A DNA stretch of 64,000 nucleotides from Candidatus Woesearchaeota archaeon (GCA_041658255.1 JBBAAQ010000001.1:100368-164367), one strand, 5' to 3'; shown: positions 31,260 through 41,701, numbered from the stretch's first letter. Translations and numbers: made by a program. The notes: generated by a model not told the origin, from the sequence alone.

Positions 31260-31340
31260 GATAATCCCTCTAAAGTAGAGAAATACTTGTGAAATTATAA
31301 ATGTATCTGTATCATATACGTTATACTATCTCGCGAGAAT

Positions 31341-31592
31341 TTATTTCTTATACACATTCTCAAGCCACCAATCCTTGACAACAGATAATGTCAGTGTCGA
31401 GAGCATGAATCCTGCAGTCGGAACAAGCGCATTAAGCCATGGGTTCGGGATATTGATAATCATAAGAAAGATGACGATAATAATATAGGTAAGAACAGCG
31501 ATGATTGCTCTGCGAGTAATGCTCGTTTCCCAAGCCTTATCTGCCTCGACCCTCTTGTTTCGTTCCTTGATTGCATTGATTTCCTTTTCCAT
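31341..31592 (-). CDS. small conserved 2-TM protein
   Basis: IKERNKRVEADKAWETS..R followed by two TM helices. Confidence 0.7.
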   Translation of the reverse strand: MEKEINAIKERNKRVEADKAWETSITRRAIIAVLTYIIIVIFLMIINIPNPWLNALVPTAGFMLSTLTLSVVKDWWLENVYKK

Positions 31593-31649
31593 GGATCTCT
31601 CTAGATATATAGTGATATATAATCTTTTTGATTTCATTTGGAGTTTTTC

Positions 31650-31950
31650 GAATAATTCGCTTCGCGTTCAGCATCGCTCGCATTTTTATTGTTTTAATGA
31701 GAGAAATTCTTGCCATTTGCATGTCAGAAATTGAAAATTTCTGATCACGATCAAAAATTCATTTTTGACGATTCTGCAAGAATTTCTGAATGTAATGCAT
31801 GTAGATGCTCGCACATTGATGTCATAAAAATTTCCTAAATTTTTAGGACGCCAAAATTTACAATTTTGAGCGCTGGACCATTTATTCGAAAAACTCTTTC
31901 ATTTGGGCTCTGTAGAATTTCTCACTTCGTTCGTAGTCGCCATTCGCATT
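31650..31950. repeat. intergenic cluster of short palindromes (REP-like)
   Basis: e.g. GTCATAAAAATTT-CCT-AAATTTTTAGGAC (31821-31849) and CAAAATT-TAC-AATTTTG; 31803-31821 matches 21181-21199 at 17/19. Confidence 0.45.
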
Positions 31951-32111
31951 CTTAATGTTTTTTGAAGAAAATGTTTACCATTTGGAATTCTATAAACATT
32001 TTTAGAATGATATTTTGAAGATGCTCATCTTAAGGCGACTAACATTTTCTATAGGGCCTTTCATTTAAGAATATTTATTAATGCAGGACTATTTGTGATA
32101 CTAAAGGGTGT

Positions 32112-35100
32112 TTGGTGAAACAGCAGATATATACAAAGAGGGGGTTATTGTTGACTCGCAGATTAATGTCGCATATACAGATACGTATTGCATTAACATT
32201 TTTACTCTGCATATTAGGTGTTTTTACAGTAGCTGCACAATCGTCAACCCTTAAGACTGCACTTAGTGCTAATACGAGTACAGAACCAATGGCAGTCATT
32301 GTCGTCATTGAAAAGCCTCAACCGATTGTCGGAGTGCAATCGTCACTTATGAAATCTGCTTCCCGCGCACGTGCAGCAGTAGCGACACCTGTTTCTGAAA
32401 CACCTACACGCATCATTGATTCATTGGGTAAAGAGTTGACGCTCCACACAGAATATTCTATCATTAATGGATTTTCAGGAACAATTACTGCGAACGGAAT
32501 TGCAGAATTAGAAAAGCTCAAAAAATCCGGTACCCGTCTCACGATTTATCCTGATACGGTGTTTTATCTGCAGGCAATCCGCGATCCCAGGCCAATACTC
32601 GCACTGAATGTAAGTACCAATGCAATCCGTGCAAATGAAGCGAGAAACACGTATAATGTTTCTGGACGCAATATTACTGTTGCAGTTATTGATTCGGGAA
32701 TAGATTATACACATCCCGCCTTAGGAAATTGTACAATGATGGGAAGTAATTGTCGTGTCCGTGACGGTTACAATTTTGTAAATAATACGGCAACCCCTAT
32801 TGATGATAATGGTCACGGAACCCATGTTGCAGGAATCATTGGTGCAAATGATTCGACTACATCATTTATCGGAATTGCTCCTGATGTCAATTTTTATGCA
32901 TTAAAAGTCTGCAATGCTGCAGGAGAATGTGCAACATCTGCGATGATTAATGCACTGCAATGGGCAATAGACCATAATGCAGATGTTATCAGCATGTCCA
33001 TTGGTGCATCATATTCTTATGATCCTTTAGGGAATAGTGGTCTTGATGTCATATCGCGCGCAGTTAACGCTGCAATTGCTGCCGGAATACCTGTTGTTAT
33101 TGCTGCAGGAAATGATGGTTTGGGGATAGGAACAATTGCAGTTCCTGCAGCAGCACGTGACGTAATTACTGTTGGCGGCATTGATGATCATAATACGGTA
33201 GCGACGAGTGATGATAGTATCGCAGATTTTAGTTCTGGTCCTTCAGCATTTGGACGATTCGATCCAGAACTTGTCGCGCCAAGCGTCGGTATTATCAGTA
33301 CTGTCCCAACAGGTTCTTGCGTTAATTGCGCCCCCGGTAGGTATCTTGGACTTACTGGAACAAGTATGGCCGCCCCCCATGTTACAGGAGTTGTTGCGCT
33401 CCTGCGTGAAAAGAATCCTTCACTAAGCCCGGGAATTATTCGGGGATTGTTGATGCATGCTGCACGCTCAATCACCGGCAGCGTCTATGATAAGGGTACA
33501 GGGGTTGTTGATGCACTAACAATATTTGAACCCCGAATAATTATCAGTGTCCAAAACGAGAATACTGTCGGATCTATAGTATCAACAGATCGTGCAGAAT
33601 TACTCCTTATTCCTAACCGATCAGTATCGTTTAATCTCGCTCTTGATGCAACAACTGTGCAATCTATAGGACTCAATTATACATTCAATATCACACTGGA
33701 TGATTTAGTCGCATTCGATACAGGGGCAATACTTAATGCATCAGTATGCGCTATTCCATTAGAAGCGAGTATTCTTGTTTCGAGCAGTACTACTCTTAAT
33801 ATCTCGTGCATATTTACAAATACGTCCGCTGTATACGCATCAACATATGCAGGAATACTCCACCTTAATGGTACAGGACATAATAGTAGTGTGACTATTC
33901 CAATGCAGTATGCAATTCCTATTGTTATTACTATACCATTCCAATACACCGTTAATGTTTCACGACAATTACTGCATAGTGGATCAACAAGTGGTGGAGC
34001 TTATTATTCTACAGGTGATGTATTTACTTACGCATATTATAATCCTAAATCAGGTAATGAGACCATACGTATTAATTGGACTAATCCTACTGATGATATT
34101 GATTTATATGTATACAATGCTTCAGGCAATATTGATGTCTATGCAGGATGGGCTGCGGGATTACCCTATGAGTATGTTGAAAGCAATACTACAACATCAA
34201 TAAAATGGATCCGCATCAATGGGTATGAGTTTGCAACAGCTCCCTTATCATTTACACTTACGGTAACTGATAATAATAATCGTGCACCGAATAATTTAGT
34301 CATCACGAATCAGACTGGTGGCACAATGCTTTATTTCTTAAATGGAACAAATATCACCATTCTTATCAATGCCACAGATCCGGACAATGACACGCTCATA
34401 TTTTCCTGCAATGATACTGCGTATGCATTACAAGACAGCGGACCGGCGTATGCACGTTATACGCGTTATGCAAACAATACGCTTATCGGCAATCATTCAA
34501 TTACCTGCACTGCAACTGATCCTTACGGTCTTTCTATAAGTACAAACGCAACAATAACTGTCACAAATAATTCGTTGATCATCACACAAGTAACTCCTAC
34601 GCCAGGAGAGTATTCCATCCTCAAAAATAGTTCGCTCATCCTAAATTATACTGCTATTAACCTTGAAGGGAATGCACTGAATTCGTCATGGTATGTTGAT
34701 ACAGAACTCGTTGCAACTAATACTTCAATATTTACATTTGAGGGAGCAAATTGGACAGTCGGAACGCACATCGTTACTGTCAATATCACAAATAATCATT
34801 CGACAGCATCTTATGAATGGAGTGTTGCTATCAATCAAACATTTTTGTCAGTAAATTATTTACGAAAACAAGTAATCCTTATAGGAATTGATGGAGCACA
34901 ATTTGCAGCATTCAATAGGCTCTATACACAGGGAAATCTTACCAATATGATGCGGCTTATTGCAACTGACGGTTGGATGGGTACTGCACAGATCACCGGC
35001 CATACCGCAACAGAGACTGCACCGGGAAATGCAGAATTGCATACAGGACTTAATGAAACATATACAACAATTTCAAATAATTGGTATGTTCCGGAAAATA

Positions 35101-36980
35101 CAAGATCTATCCCGAACGGACTCACAACGTTTGAACGATTAAAAGCATACAATTCCAGCATCAAGACAGGCCTCGTCTACGGAAAACAAACACTCTATAT
35201 TCCTGACGGCATCTTAAGCAATGCAAAACCTGAAGTTGATTTCTGGAGGAATAAGACCACTAATTCCTACTGGACGAATTGGCCGTATAGTGGCGCGTGT
35301 TCATACCCGCAAAATGTTTCTCAGGCTGCAGCAGATTTCATTAATGAGTATTATAATGAATCATTCTACCTCGTAGTCTATTACGGTGTTCCCGATTGCA
35401 CAGGACACGTCTATGGGGATAATTCTACACAGTATGTTGAATCACTTATTGCTGTTGATGATGCGATAGGGATGCTCCTTGATATATTGGAATCTGCAAA
35501 TCTCAGCGGCAATTCCACGAATTCCATAGTAACTCAAATTATTGTATCTGCAGATCATGGATGGAATAGTAATACTACCGGACACGGGGTACGCAATAAT
35601 GATACGACAATATTGCCGTTATTATCCAATAATAATTTCCTCGTACTTGCAAGTGATAATCATACCCGCGCGCAATGCGATATTGCACCGACGATACTTG
35701 ACTATTTTGGTGTTTCTGAAGCTGCATATACTGATATTTTTGATAATAATTGTGAATCATTACGCTACTCGCCGCCAACGATTACCGTTCATGCGCCCAC
35801 AGGAACTTATACGGAGCTGCCGGTACCACTCAATATTTCGCTGAATGAAAAGGGTTCTTGTAATTATTCGATTGATACTGCCAGCGTTGTACTATTGCAA
35901 ACAACAACGAATATATCATTTTATGAATCTGTTGATGATATTGATTCAGGGTCGCATACAGTGATGTTTTCCTGCGTTGACCGTGCAGGAAATAGTGCAA
36001 ATATCAGCGCATCATTTACGTATACGCCTCCGTCCCGTCATAGCAGCGGTGGTGGAGGAAGTGGAGGCGGGGGCAGTAGTATAACAAGCACCATGCCTTC
36101 TATAAATAATACTGTGAATAATACTGTGCGTAATATGTCAATTCCTGCAGATACGCTTATTCGGACAGTAATCGCGAATACTAGTCATTCGTTTACTTCT
36201 GCCGCGTATGTCTTTACGAATGTATCTAAAGAATTTACGATAATTCTTGCGCGTAATGTGACGACGATTAATGAAACTTCACTTACAGGATTGCAGGTAT
36301 TATTTAATGGTACAAAGACTGTTGCCGTTACAGTCTATACGTATAATGATTCTGATTCGCGTGCGATTTCTGAAATAATAACCACTACCAATACGGTGTT
36401 TACTGGAGTGCCCTTTGCAGTATTTGCAATTGATCATCCAGAACTATCAGATGGAGAAATTATTAATGCATCACTCAATTTTAGCATTCCAAAATCTCTT
36501 CTAGAATCGTATACGAGTAATCCTGCAGATGTGCGATTATATCGATTGCAACAATCTGCTGGCAATTCTTCAAATGCGTGGATTGAACTCAAAACCACAC
36601 TCGTATATGCAACAGATACTGCATATTACTATGTCGCTCAATCCCCCGGTCTGAGTATGTTTATTATTGGAACAAGTACGAAACTCGAACTTCCTTCACA
36701 ATCATTAATCCCCCTGCCGAAATCGCGTATAACACCCGTATTTCGCATCCTTAATGACACTAACTATTCTCGTGCGAAGAATGATTCAGTGAATGATTCT
36801 TTGAATACTTCTGCCCGGAAGCCAGCATCCATGCAGGATTTTTGGTCAACAATTATTTCTGTATCTTTCACGCCAGAACAACGCGTATATATATGGATTA
36901 TCAGGATCATTTGTATTACCGGGATATTAGGTATTTCAATCTATTATTGGATACATTTTCGTTCTCCTCGTTGTATATAA
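32112..36980 (+). CDS. secreted S8 subtilase fused to an alkaline-phosphatase-superfamily domain and a PGF-pre-PGF domain
   Basis: Triad VIDSGID / HGTHVAG / GTSMAAPHV; later LIGIDG, TETAPGNAELHTG, PDCTGH, SADHG; YVAQSPGLSMFIIG; C-terminal TM. Start probably ~32167. Confidence 0.88.
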   Translation: MVKQQIYTKRGLLLTRRLMSHIQIRIALTFLLCILGVFTVAAQSSTLKTALSANTSTEPMAVIVVIEKPQPIVGVQSSLMKSASRARAAVATPVSETPTRIIDSLGKELTLHTEYSIINGFSGTITANGIAELEKLKKSGTRLTIYPDTVFYLQAIRDPRPILALNVSTNAIRANEARNTYNVSGRNITVAVIDSGIDYTHPALGNCTMMGSNCRVRDGYNFVNNTATPIDDNGHGTHVAGIIGANDSTTSFIGIAPDVNFYALKVCNAAGECATSAMINALQWAIDHNADVISMSIGASYSYDPLGNSGLDVISRAVNAAIAAGIPVVIAAGNDGLGIGTIAVPAAARDVITVGGIDDHNTVATSDDSIADFSSGPSAFGRFDPELVAPSVGIISTVPTGSCVNCAPGRYLGLTGTSMAAPHVTGVVALLREKNPSLSPGIIRGLLMHAARSITGSVYDKGTGVVDALTIFEPRIIISVQNENTVGSIVSTDRAELLLIPNRSVSFNLALDATTVQSIGLNYTFNITLDDLVAFDTGAILNASVCAIPLEASILVSSSTTLNISCIFTNTSAVYASTYAGILHLNGTGHNSSVTIPMQYAIPIVITIPFQYTVNVSRQLLHSGSTSGGAYYSTGDVFTYAYYNPKSGNETIRINWTNPTDDIDLYVYNASGNIDVYAGWAAGLPYEYVESNTTTSIKWIRINGYEFATAPLSFTLTVTDNNNRAPNNLVITNQTGGTMLYFLNGTNITILINATDPDNDTLIFSCNDTAYALQDSGPAYARYTRYANNTLIGNHSITCTATDPYGLSISTNATITVTNNSLIITQVTPTPGEYSILKNSSLILNYTAINLEGNALNSSWYVDTELVATNTSIFTFEGANWTVGTHIVTVNITNNHSTASYEWSVAINQTFLSVNYLRKQVILIGIDGAQFAAFNRLYTQGNLTNMMRLIATDGWMGTAQITGHTATETAPGNAELHTGLNETYTTISNNWYVPENTRSIPNGLTTFERLKAYNSSIKTGLVYGKQTLYIPDGILSNAKPEVDFWRNKTTNSYWTNWPYSGACSYPQNVSQAAADFINEYYNESFYLVVYYGVPDCTGHVYGDNSTQYVESLIAVDDAIGMLLDILESANLSGNSTNSIVTQIIVSADHGWNSNTTGHGVRNNDTTILPLLSNNNFLVLASDNHTRAQCDIAPTILDYFGVSEAAYTDIFDNNCESLRYSPPTITVHAPTGTYTELPVPLNISLNEKGSCNYSIDTASVVLLQTTTNISFYESVDDIDSGSHTVMFSCVDRAGNSANISASFTYTPPSRHSSGGGGSGGGGSSITSTMPSINNTVNNTVRNMSIPADTLIRTVIANTSHSFTSAAYVFTNVSKEFTIILARNVTTINETSLTGLQVLFNGTKTVAVTVYTYNDSDSRAISEIITTTNTVFTGVPFAVFAIDHPELSDGEIINASLNFSIPKSLLESYTSNPADVRLYRLQQSAGNSSNAWIELKTTLVYATDTAYYYVAQSPGLSMFIIGTSTKLELPSQSLIPLPKSRITPVFRILNDTNYSRAKNDSVNDSLNTSARKPASMQDFWSTIISVSFTPEQRVYIWIIRIICITGILGISIYYWIHFRSPRCI

Positions 36981-37042
36981 AGTATAGAATACTTTTATAC
37001 AACTTAAAAATTTTTGATTTGCGATAGCAAATTTTTCTTGTA
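36971..37042. repeat. 72-bp intergenic repeat, copy 1
   Basis: 70/72 identical to 40788-40859; contains two hairpins. Confidence 0.9.
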
Positions 37043-37173
37043 AATAATTTTTCAAGTTTATGTTTTAATTTATATTCCGATTCATATTCTTGCGCATACT
37101 CTTGTGAATACCTTATGATTTCTACTTGTTAGTTAATAACAATTTATATATAGCGTCTAGAATATGTGAAGTC

Positions 37174-38619
37174 ATGTTCGATATCATTGTGGGGCGTAAC
37201 GAAGCAGATAGGGAAAAATTCGGTGATAAAGGCACTGTTTTTATCGGTAAACATTATGTGAAGATGGGGCGGACTACAAGCCTGAGTAATAACATATTTC
37301 TTGATGTCACCCGTGCGCATGTTTTCTTCGTCGTGGGAAAAAGGGGTTCGGGGAAATCGTACACGATGGGCGTCATTGCAGAAGGCATTTCTGACCTCCC
37401 CCCTGAAATCAAGAATAATATTTCAGTCATACTCCTTGATACCATGGGTATCTATTGGACCATGAAGTATCCGAATCAGAAAGATAAAGGACTTCTCAAT
37501 GAATGGGGGCTTTCCGGAAAGGCGCTTGATGTCAAAATTTATACGCCGACTGGTTTTTTTGATGATTTCAGAAAAAAAGGTATCCCGACTGATTATCCTT
37601 TTTCTATTAAACCCTTAGAACTTGACGCCGGAGACTGGTGTATGAGTTTTGGCGTGCAATCAAATAATCCTATTGGTGTCTTAATCGAAAAAATAATTTA
37701 TGCACTTAAAGATCGTCATGAAACGCAGGGAATAGAATATGCGATTACGGATATTGTTGCAATGATCGATCAGGATAAAGAAGCAGACAGTAATACCCGA
37801 AATGCTGCAAAAAACTTATTCTTTAATGCACGCAATTGGGGAATTTTTGAACCAGAACTCACAACTCAAATAGTTTCTTCTACTCTTCAACCTGAAAAAA
37901 AGTCTTCGCTTGACTATAAGAAAAAAACTACTGTTGCAACTCCGATATCGCATCGTGCAACACCACTTTCAGATCTTGCAAAAGGCGGGCAAGTGACTGT
38001 CGTCGATCTTTCCTGCTATGCGACCATGCCGAATTCCTGGAATATTAAGAATCTTGTTGTTGGACTTATCGCAGAAAAATTATTCATCCAACGCATGATT
38101 GCACGTAAAGACGAGGAATATGCACAGATCCACAAATCCATTAATTTATTCGGTGAAGAGCAGACAAAGAAGTTTGAGTTTCCTATGGTATGGCTCGTCA
38201 TTGATGAAGCGCATGAATTCTTGCCGCACGACGGAAAAACACTTGCCACAGATCCACTCGTAACGATTTTACGTGAAGGACGACAGCCGGGAATATCTCT
38301 TATCCTTGCAACCCAGCAGCCCGGAAAAATCCATACTGATGTTATGACCCAATCTGATGTGGTGATTGCGCATCGCATCACGGCAAAACTGGATACAGAA
38401 GCACTCGGTGCATTAATGCAAAGTTATATGCGTGAAGGACTCGTTGAACAACTTGACGATCTTCCGCGCGTCAAAGGCGCTGCAATCATCTTCGATGATA
38501 ATAACGAGAAAATGTATCCGATGCGCTTGCGACCGCGATTGACGTGGCACGGCGGCGAAGACCCATCAGCGCTCCCGAAACAAGACGAGGGGTTTGGCGA
38601 GGATGTGTTTAAACTATGA
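37174..38619 (+). CDS. HerA/DUF87-family P-loop ATPase
   Basis: GKRGSGKS, LLDTMG, VIDEAH, REGRQPG, ATQQP. Confidence 0.9.
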   Translation: MFDIIVGRNEADREKFGDKGTVFIGKHYVKMGRTTSLSNNIFLDVTRAHVFFVVGKRGSGKSYTMGVIAEGISDLPPEIKNNISVILLDTMGIYWTMKYPNQKDKGLLNEWGLSGKALDVKIYTPTGFFDDFRKKGIPTDYPFSIKPLELDAGDWCMSFGVQSNNPIGVLIEKIIYALKDRHETQGIEYAITDIVAMIDQDKEADSNTRNAAKNLFFNARNWGIFEPELTTQIVSSTLQPEKKSSLDYKKKTTVATPISHRATPLSDLAKGGQVTVVDLSCYATMPNSWNIKNLVVGLIAEKLFIQRMIARKDEEYAQIHKSINLFGEEQTKKFEFPMVWLVIDEAHEFLPHDGKTLATDPLVTILREGRQPGISLILATQQPGKIHTDVMTQSDVVIAHRITAKLDTEALGALMQSYMREGLVEQLDDLPRVKGAAIIFDDNNEKMYPMRLRPRLTWHGGEDPSALPKQDEGFGEDVFKL

Positions 38620-39020
38620 ATGCAATGACTCTACCACTCTCTCGAAAAAAAACAATAACGTTATTGAATGCATTTATCGCGGATGTATTGCCGAAAAAGC
38701 AGTGGTTTTTATCATGTAAACCATTTATGAATGCGGCAGTATTTTATGGTTCTCGTGCGAAAAACAATCACCGTGCTGACTCTGATATTGATATACTGAT
38801 ATTTATGCCGCTTGCGGTAGAGAAGAAATATACTCGAGGGGAATATGTGTATAATTATTACGGACATCATATTAATATTGTTATCCGATCTATTGAACGG
38901 TTAAGAAGAATTGCTGCATTTAGAGAAAAGGATTTATTCGAAGCAGAAATATTCCGTATGGCTGAGATTATTTGGCAGAAAGATACCGAAGTTGCACAAT
39001 TAATAAAAAAAATAATTTAG
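38616..39020 (+). CDS. minimal nucleotidyltransferase (pol-beta superfamily)
   Basis: FYGSRAK....DSDIDI motif; ATGA overlap with the ATPase. Confidence 0.85.
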   Translation: MNAMTLPLSRKKTITLLNAFIADVLPKKQWFLSCKPFMNAAVFYGSRAKNNHRADSDIDILIFMPLAVEKKYTRGEYVYNYYGHHINIVIRSIERLRRIAAFREKDLFEAEIFRMAEIIWQKDTEVAQLIKKII

Positions 39021-39027
39021 ACCGACT

Positions 39028-39267
39028 TTACTTTTTCTTCCATAACTTCTTATCAATCTTTTCATGGACTGCAAGTTCTTCCTGGAATTCTTTCTTTGTG
39101 AAATCTGCGTGCGTCATGCTGATGATTGACGAGATGAACATGATGACAAAGAAGAGTGCGAATGTGAATCCCCAGGTCTCTGAGAGTTTCATCACAAAAT
39201 AGACTGAGACGAAAAATCCGATGATACTGGTCAACATAAATCCTGCGCTTAGATGTGCATACTTCAT
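39028..39267 (-). CDS. small 2-TM protein
   Basis: GAGGTGA RBS; FMLTSIIGF..WGFTF..MFISS. Confidence 0.75.
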   Translation of the reverse strand: MKYAHLSAGFMLTSIIGFFVSVYFVMKLSETWGFTFALFFVIMFISSIISMTHADFTKKEFQEELAVHEKIDKKLWKKK

Positions 39268-39324
39268 TTTACTTCACCTCTTTTTTCTTCTGGCTGTTCG
39301 TATTTAAATAGTTATTGAATGAGA

Positions 39325-39481
39325 CGGGGTTGTCGGAAAATAGTTTTAGCATCTCAAGGTGAGTGTTCTCTACAGCAGTTCCAGAAAGTGTTGCAGAATT
39401 GCAAATGGCAACATTTTCCATAAAATTAACAAAACAAACACGAGCGATGCTAAAAACGAAGCTTATTTTCCGACAACCCCG
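39325..39481. mobile_element. MITE-like element
   Basis: perfect 18-bp terminal inverted repeats CGGGGTTGTCGGAAAATA / TATTTTCCGACAACCCCG plus an inner TTTTAGCATC/GATGCTAAAA pair; 157 bp, no credible coding capacity. Confidence 0.75.
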
Positions 39482-39564
39482 AAAGGGACCGCGGTATTTT
39501 TTCAAAGAAACGAATTGATGAATAAAAGAATAAACTATTAAAAGCACGATTCGTTGAGATAAGT

Positions 39565-40110
39565 GTGAATTCCAAAAAAATAGGATTATATCGGTTCAGT
39601 CCCATAAAAAATATTTCTCAATTATTGGAAGCTATAAAGCACACGCATTTTTCTTGTCATACACTCTGTAAACACACATTTGGGAGATATCTTCCTAATG
39701 CGGGGAATATCGGTATTTTTTGCCACTACGAAAAAGAATACAATCAGCTTATCCAAATGAGAAAAAAACTTACAGAACCTTCTAGCAATCCAAATCAAAA
39801 ATATTTTAAATTATATAAACCCATTATTATCAAGGCGAAAGGGGATGTCCCGCAAACAATCTATACACATCTGTATATACGTAAACCGGATATTTACCGA
39901 TCCCAGGTCGGTGATGTCGATTTCTTCTTAGCGCCAAAAGAATATCTTAAAATAAAAAAATCATTAATCGAAGGGGCGAATATTAAAGATGGAAGAATAT
40001 TTCCCCGTCAGGATCTTGACATGATTGAGTTATACCATCCTGATATTGATGCACTCGCATACGTAAGTACGAAAATGATGACTGAAACAGTACGGGTGAA
40101 ACAGAATTAA
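39565..40110 (+). CDS. hypothetical protein
   Basis: 181-aa ORF; HLYIRKPD..RSQVGDVDF and DMIEL segments. Confidence 0.65.
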   Translation: MNSKKIGLYRFSPIKNISQLLEAIKHTHFSCHTLCKHTFGRYLPNAGNIGIFCHYEKEYNQLIQMRKKLTEPSSNPNQKYFKLYKPIIIKAKGDVPQTIYTHLYIRKPDIYRSQVGDVDFFLAPKEYLKIKKSLIEGANIKDGRIFPRQDLDMIELYHPDIDALAYVSTKMMTETVRVKQN

Positions 40111-40178
40111 ATTTCTTGTATAACGCCTTATGGAAAGGGAAAACTTTTTATACAATGCCCGCTCGTAGATGTTGAGAG

Positions 40179-40778
40179 GTGGTTGTCATGAAGTTTACAG
40201 TTATGTCAATAATGATTATTATTCTTGTAGGTGGTCTTGTACTGGTGGTCGGTTGTAAAACCACTAAAACAGGAACAACAGTCATTCCTGTCGATACAGA
40301 AAAAACATATGGAGAATTATACCGATTCAGTGATGTAAGTACATATTCCTATCGTTTAACGACGAAACTTGCAGATGGTGATGTAAATACGACTGTAGAA
40401 TCGAGTGTAAAATCTGAAACGCTCTATGGAGCATCCGTATGGGTCCAAGATTCGACATCAAATGGCGTAACGACGCGTATTTGGCTTGATGCGACAAAAT
40501 TTTCCTGCCTCAAAATGGCGTTTATTCAAAGGGTGCAAGATACTGACCGTCTTACCTCTGTTTCATGTCCACTCGAGAATTCTGCGCAAGCATCTGCTGT
40601 TGCAGTCAAATATATCTACGCAGGTTCAGAAAAGGTTACTGTACCACTCGGGACATTTGATGCACTAAAATATGCGAGTGCAGACTCCACGTATTGGTAT
40701 GTTACAACAATTCCAGTCCCGGTAAAAGCAGTCTCGAATTATGGCGTAACGATTATGGAATTAGCGTCGTATTCATAA
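40179..40778 (+). CDS. putative lipoprotein/secreted protein
   Basis: hydrophobic signal ending VVGC; EKVTVPLGTFDA motif. Confidence 0.7.
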   Translation: MVVMKFTVMSIMIIILVGGLVLVVGCKTTKTGTTVIPVDTEKTYGELYRFSDVSTYSYRLTTKLADGDVNTTVESSVKSETLYGASVWVQDSTSNGVTTRIWLDATKFSCLKMAFIQRVQDTDRLTSVSCPLENSAQASAVAVKYIYAGSEKVTVPLGTFDALKYASADSTYWYVTTIPVPVKAVSNYGVTIMELASYS

Positions 40779-40787
40779 TTTTTTTTA

Positions 40788-40859
40788 TTGTATATAAAGT
40801 ATAGAATACTCTTATACAGCTTAAAAATTTTTGATTTGCGATAGCAAATTTTTCTTGTA
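40788..40859. repeat. 72-bp intergenic repeat, copy 2
   Basis: 70/72 identical to 36971-37042. Confidence 0.9.
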
Positions 40860-40927
40860 TTTTTCTTTTTTTCATCAACTCTTTATCTTTTACGAAACTT
40901 TTTAAACACAGATAAAATCACAATACG

Positions 40928-41701
40928 ATGGGGATTTTTCAACTACTCATCGACTATGTACTCCACTTAGATCGTTATGTGAGTCAACTCATCGAATATT
41001 TTGGCCCGTGGACTTATGTTGTAGTATTCTTGATTATTTTTCTTGAGACAGGTTTAGTATTGACGCCCTTCCTACCGGGTGATTCACTCATTTTTGCACT
41101 CGGCGCATTTGCCGCAATCGGTTCACTCAATATCTGGCTCCTCTTCATCCTCTTATCACTCGCGGCAATACTCGGCGATACCATGAATTATTGGATTGGG
41201 CACTATCTCGGTCGAAAAATTTTGAGAGCAAGACCGCAATTCATGAAAAGATATGAGATTGATATTCGCGGGATAAAAAGAGATTCTCATGTAGTAATAC
41301 GTCTCCGGTATTTTATGAATATACGAAATGTGATTATTCGTAGCATGATTTATAGAATATATAAGCATATTATCAATGCAAAGAATATTTCTATAACGAA
41401 AAAATTCTTTATCAAACACGGTGGAAAGACCATTATCCTTGCGCGATTCATCCCCATTATTCGAACATTTGCCCCGTTCCTTGCGGGCATTGGAAAAATG
41501 GATTACTGGAAATTCTTTATGTATAATGTGGTTGGAGGAATCGTGTGGGTCGGACTATTCTTATGGGTGGGATACTTTTTCGGAAACATTTCTTGGGTTC
41601 AAGAAAATTTTTCAATCGTCATCATTATTATCATGGCGACCTCACTTATCCCTGTCATCACTGCAATCATCACGAACTTGAGGGATAAACGTAAAAAATG
41701 A
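40928..41701 (+). CDS. dedA: DedA family membrane protein
   Basis: FLETGLVLTPFLPGDSLIF, AILGD..NYWIG, ARFIPIIRTFAPF. Confidence 0.92.
   Translation: MGIFQLLIDYVLHLDRYVSQLIEYFGPWTYVVVFLIIFLETGLVLTPFLPGDSLIFALGAFAAIGSLNIWLLFILLSLAAILGDTMNYWIGHYLGRKILRARPQFMKRYEIDIRGIKRDSHVVIRLRYFMNIRNVIIRSMIYRIYKHIINAKNISITKKFFIKHGGKTIILARFIPIIRTFAPFLAGIGKMDYWKFFMYNVVGGIVWVGLFLWVGYFFGNISWVQENFSIVIIIIMATSLIPVITAIITNLRDKRKK

Noticed and set aside
39269-39547. short ORFs on both strands
   Set aside because: They span the MITE-like element and promoter regions and show no protein-like features
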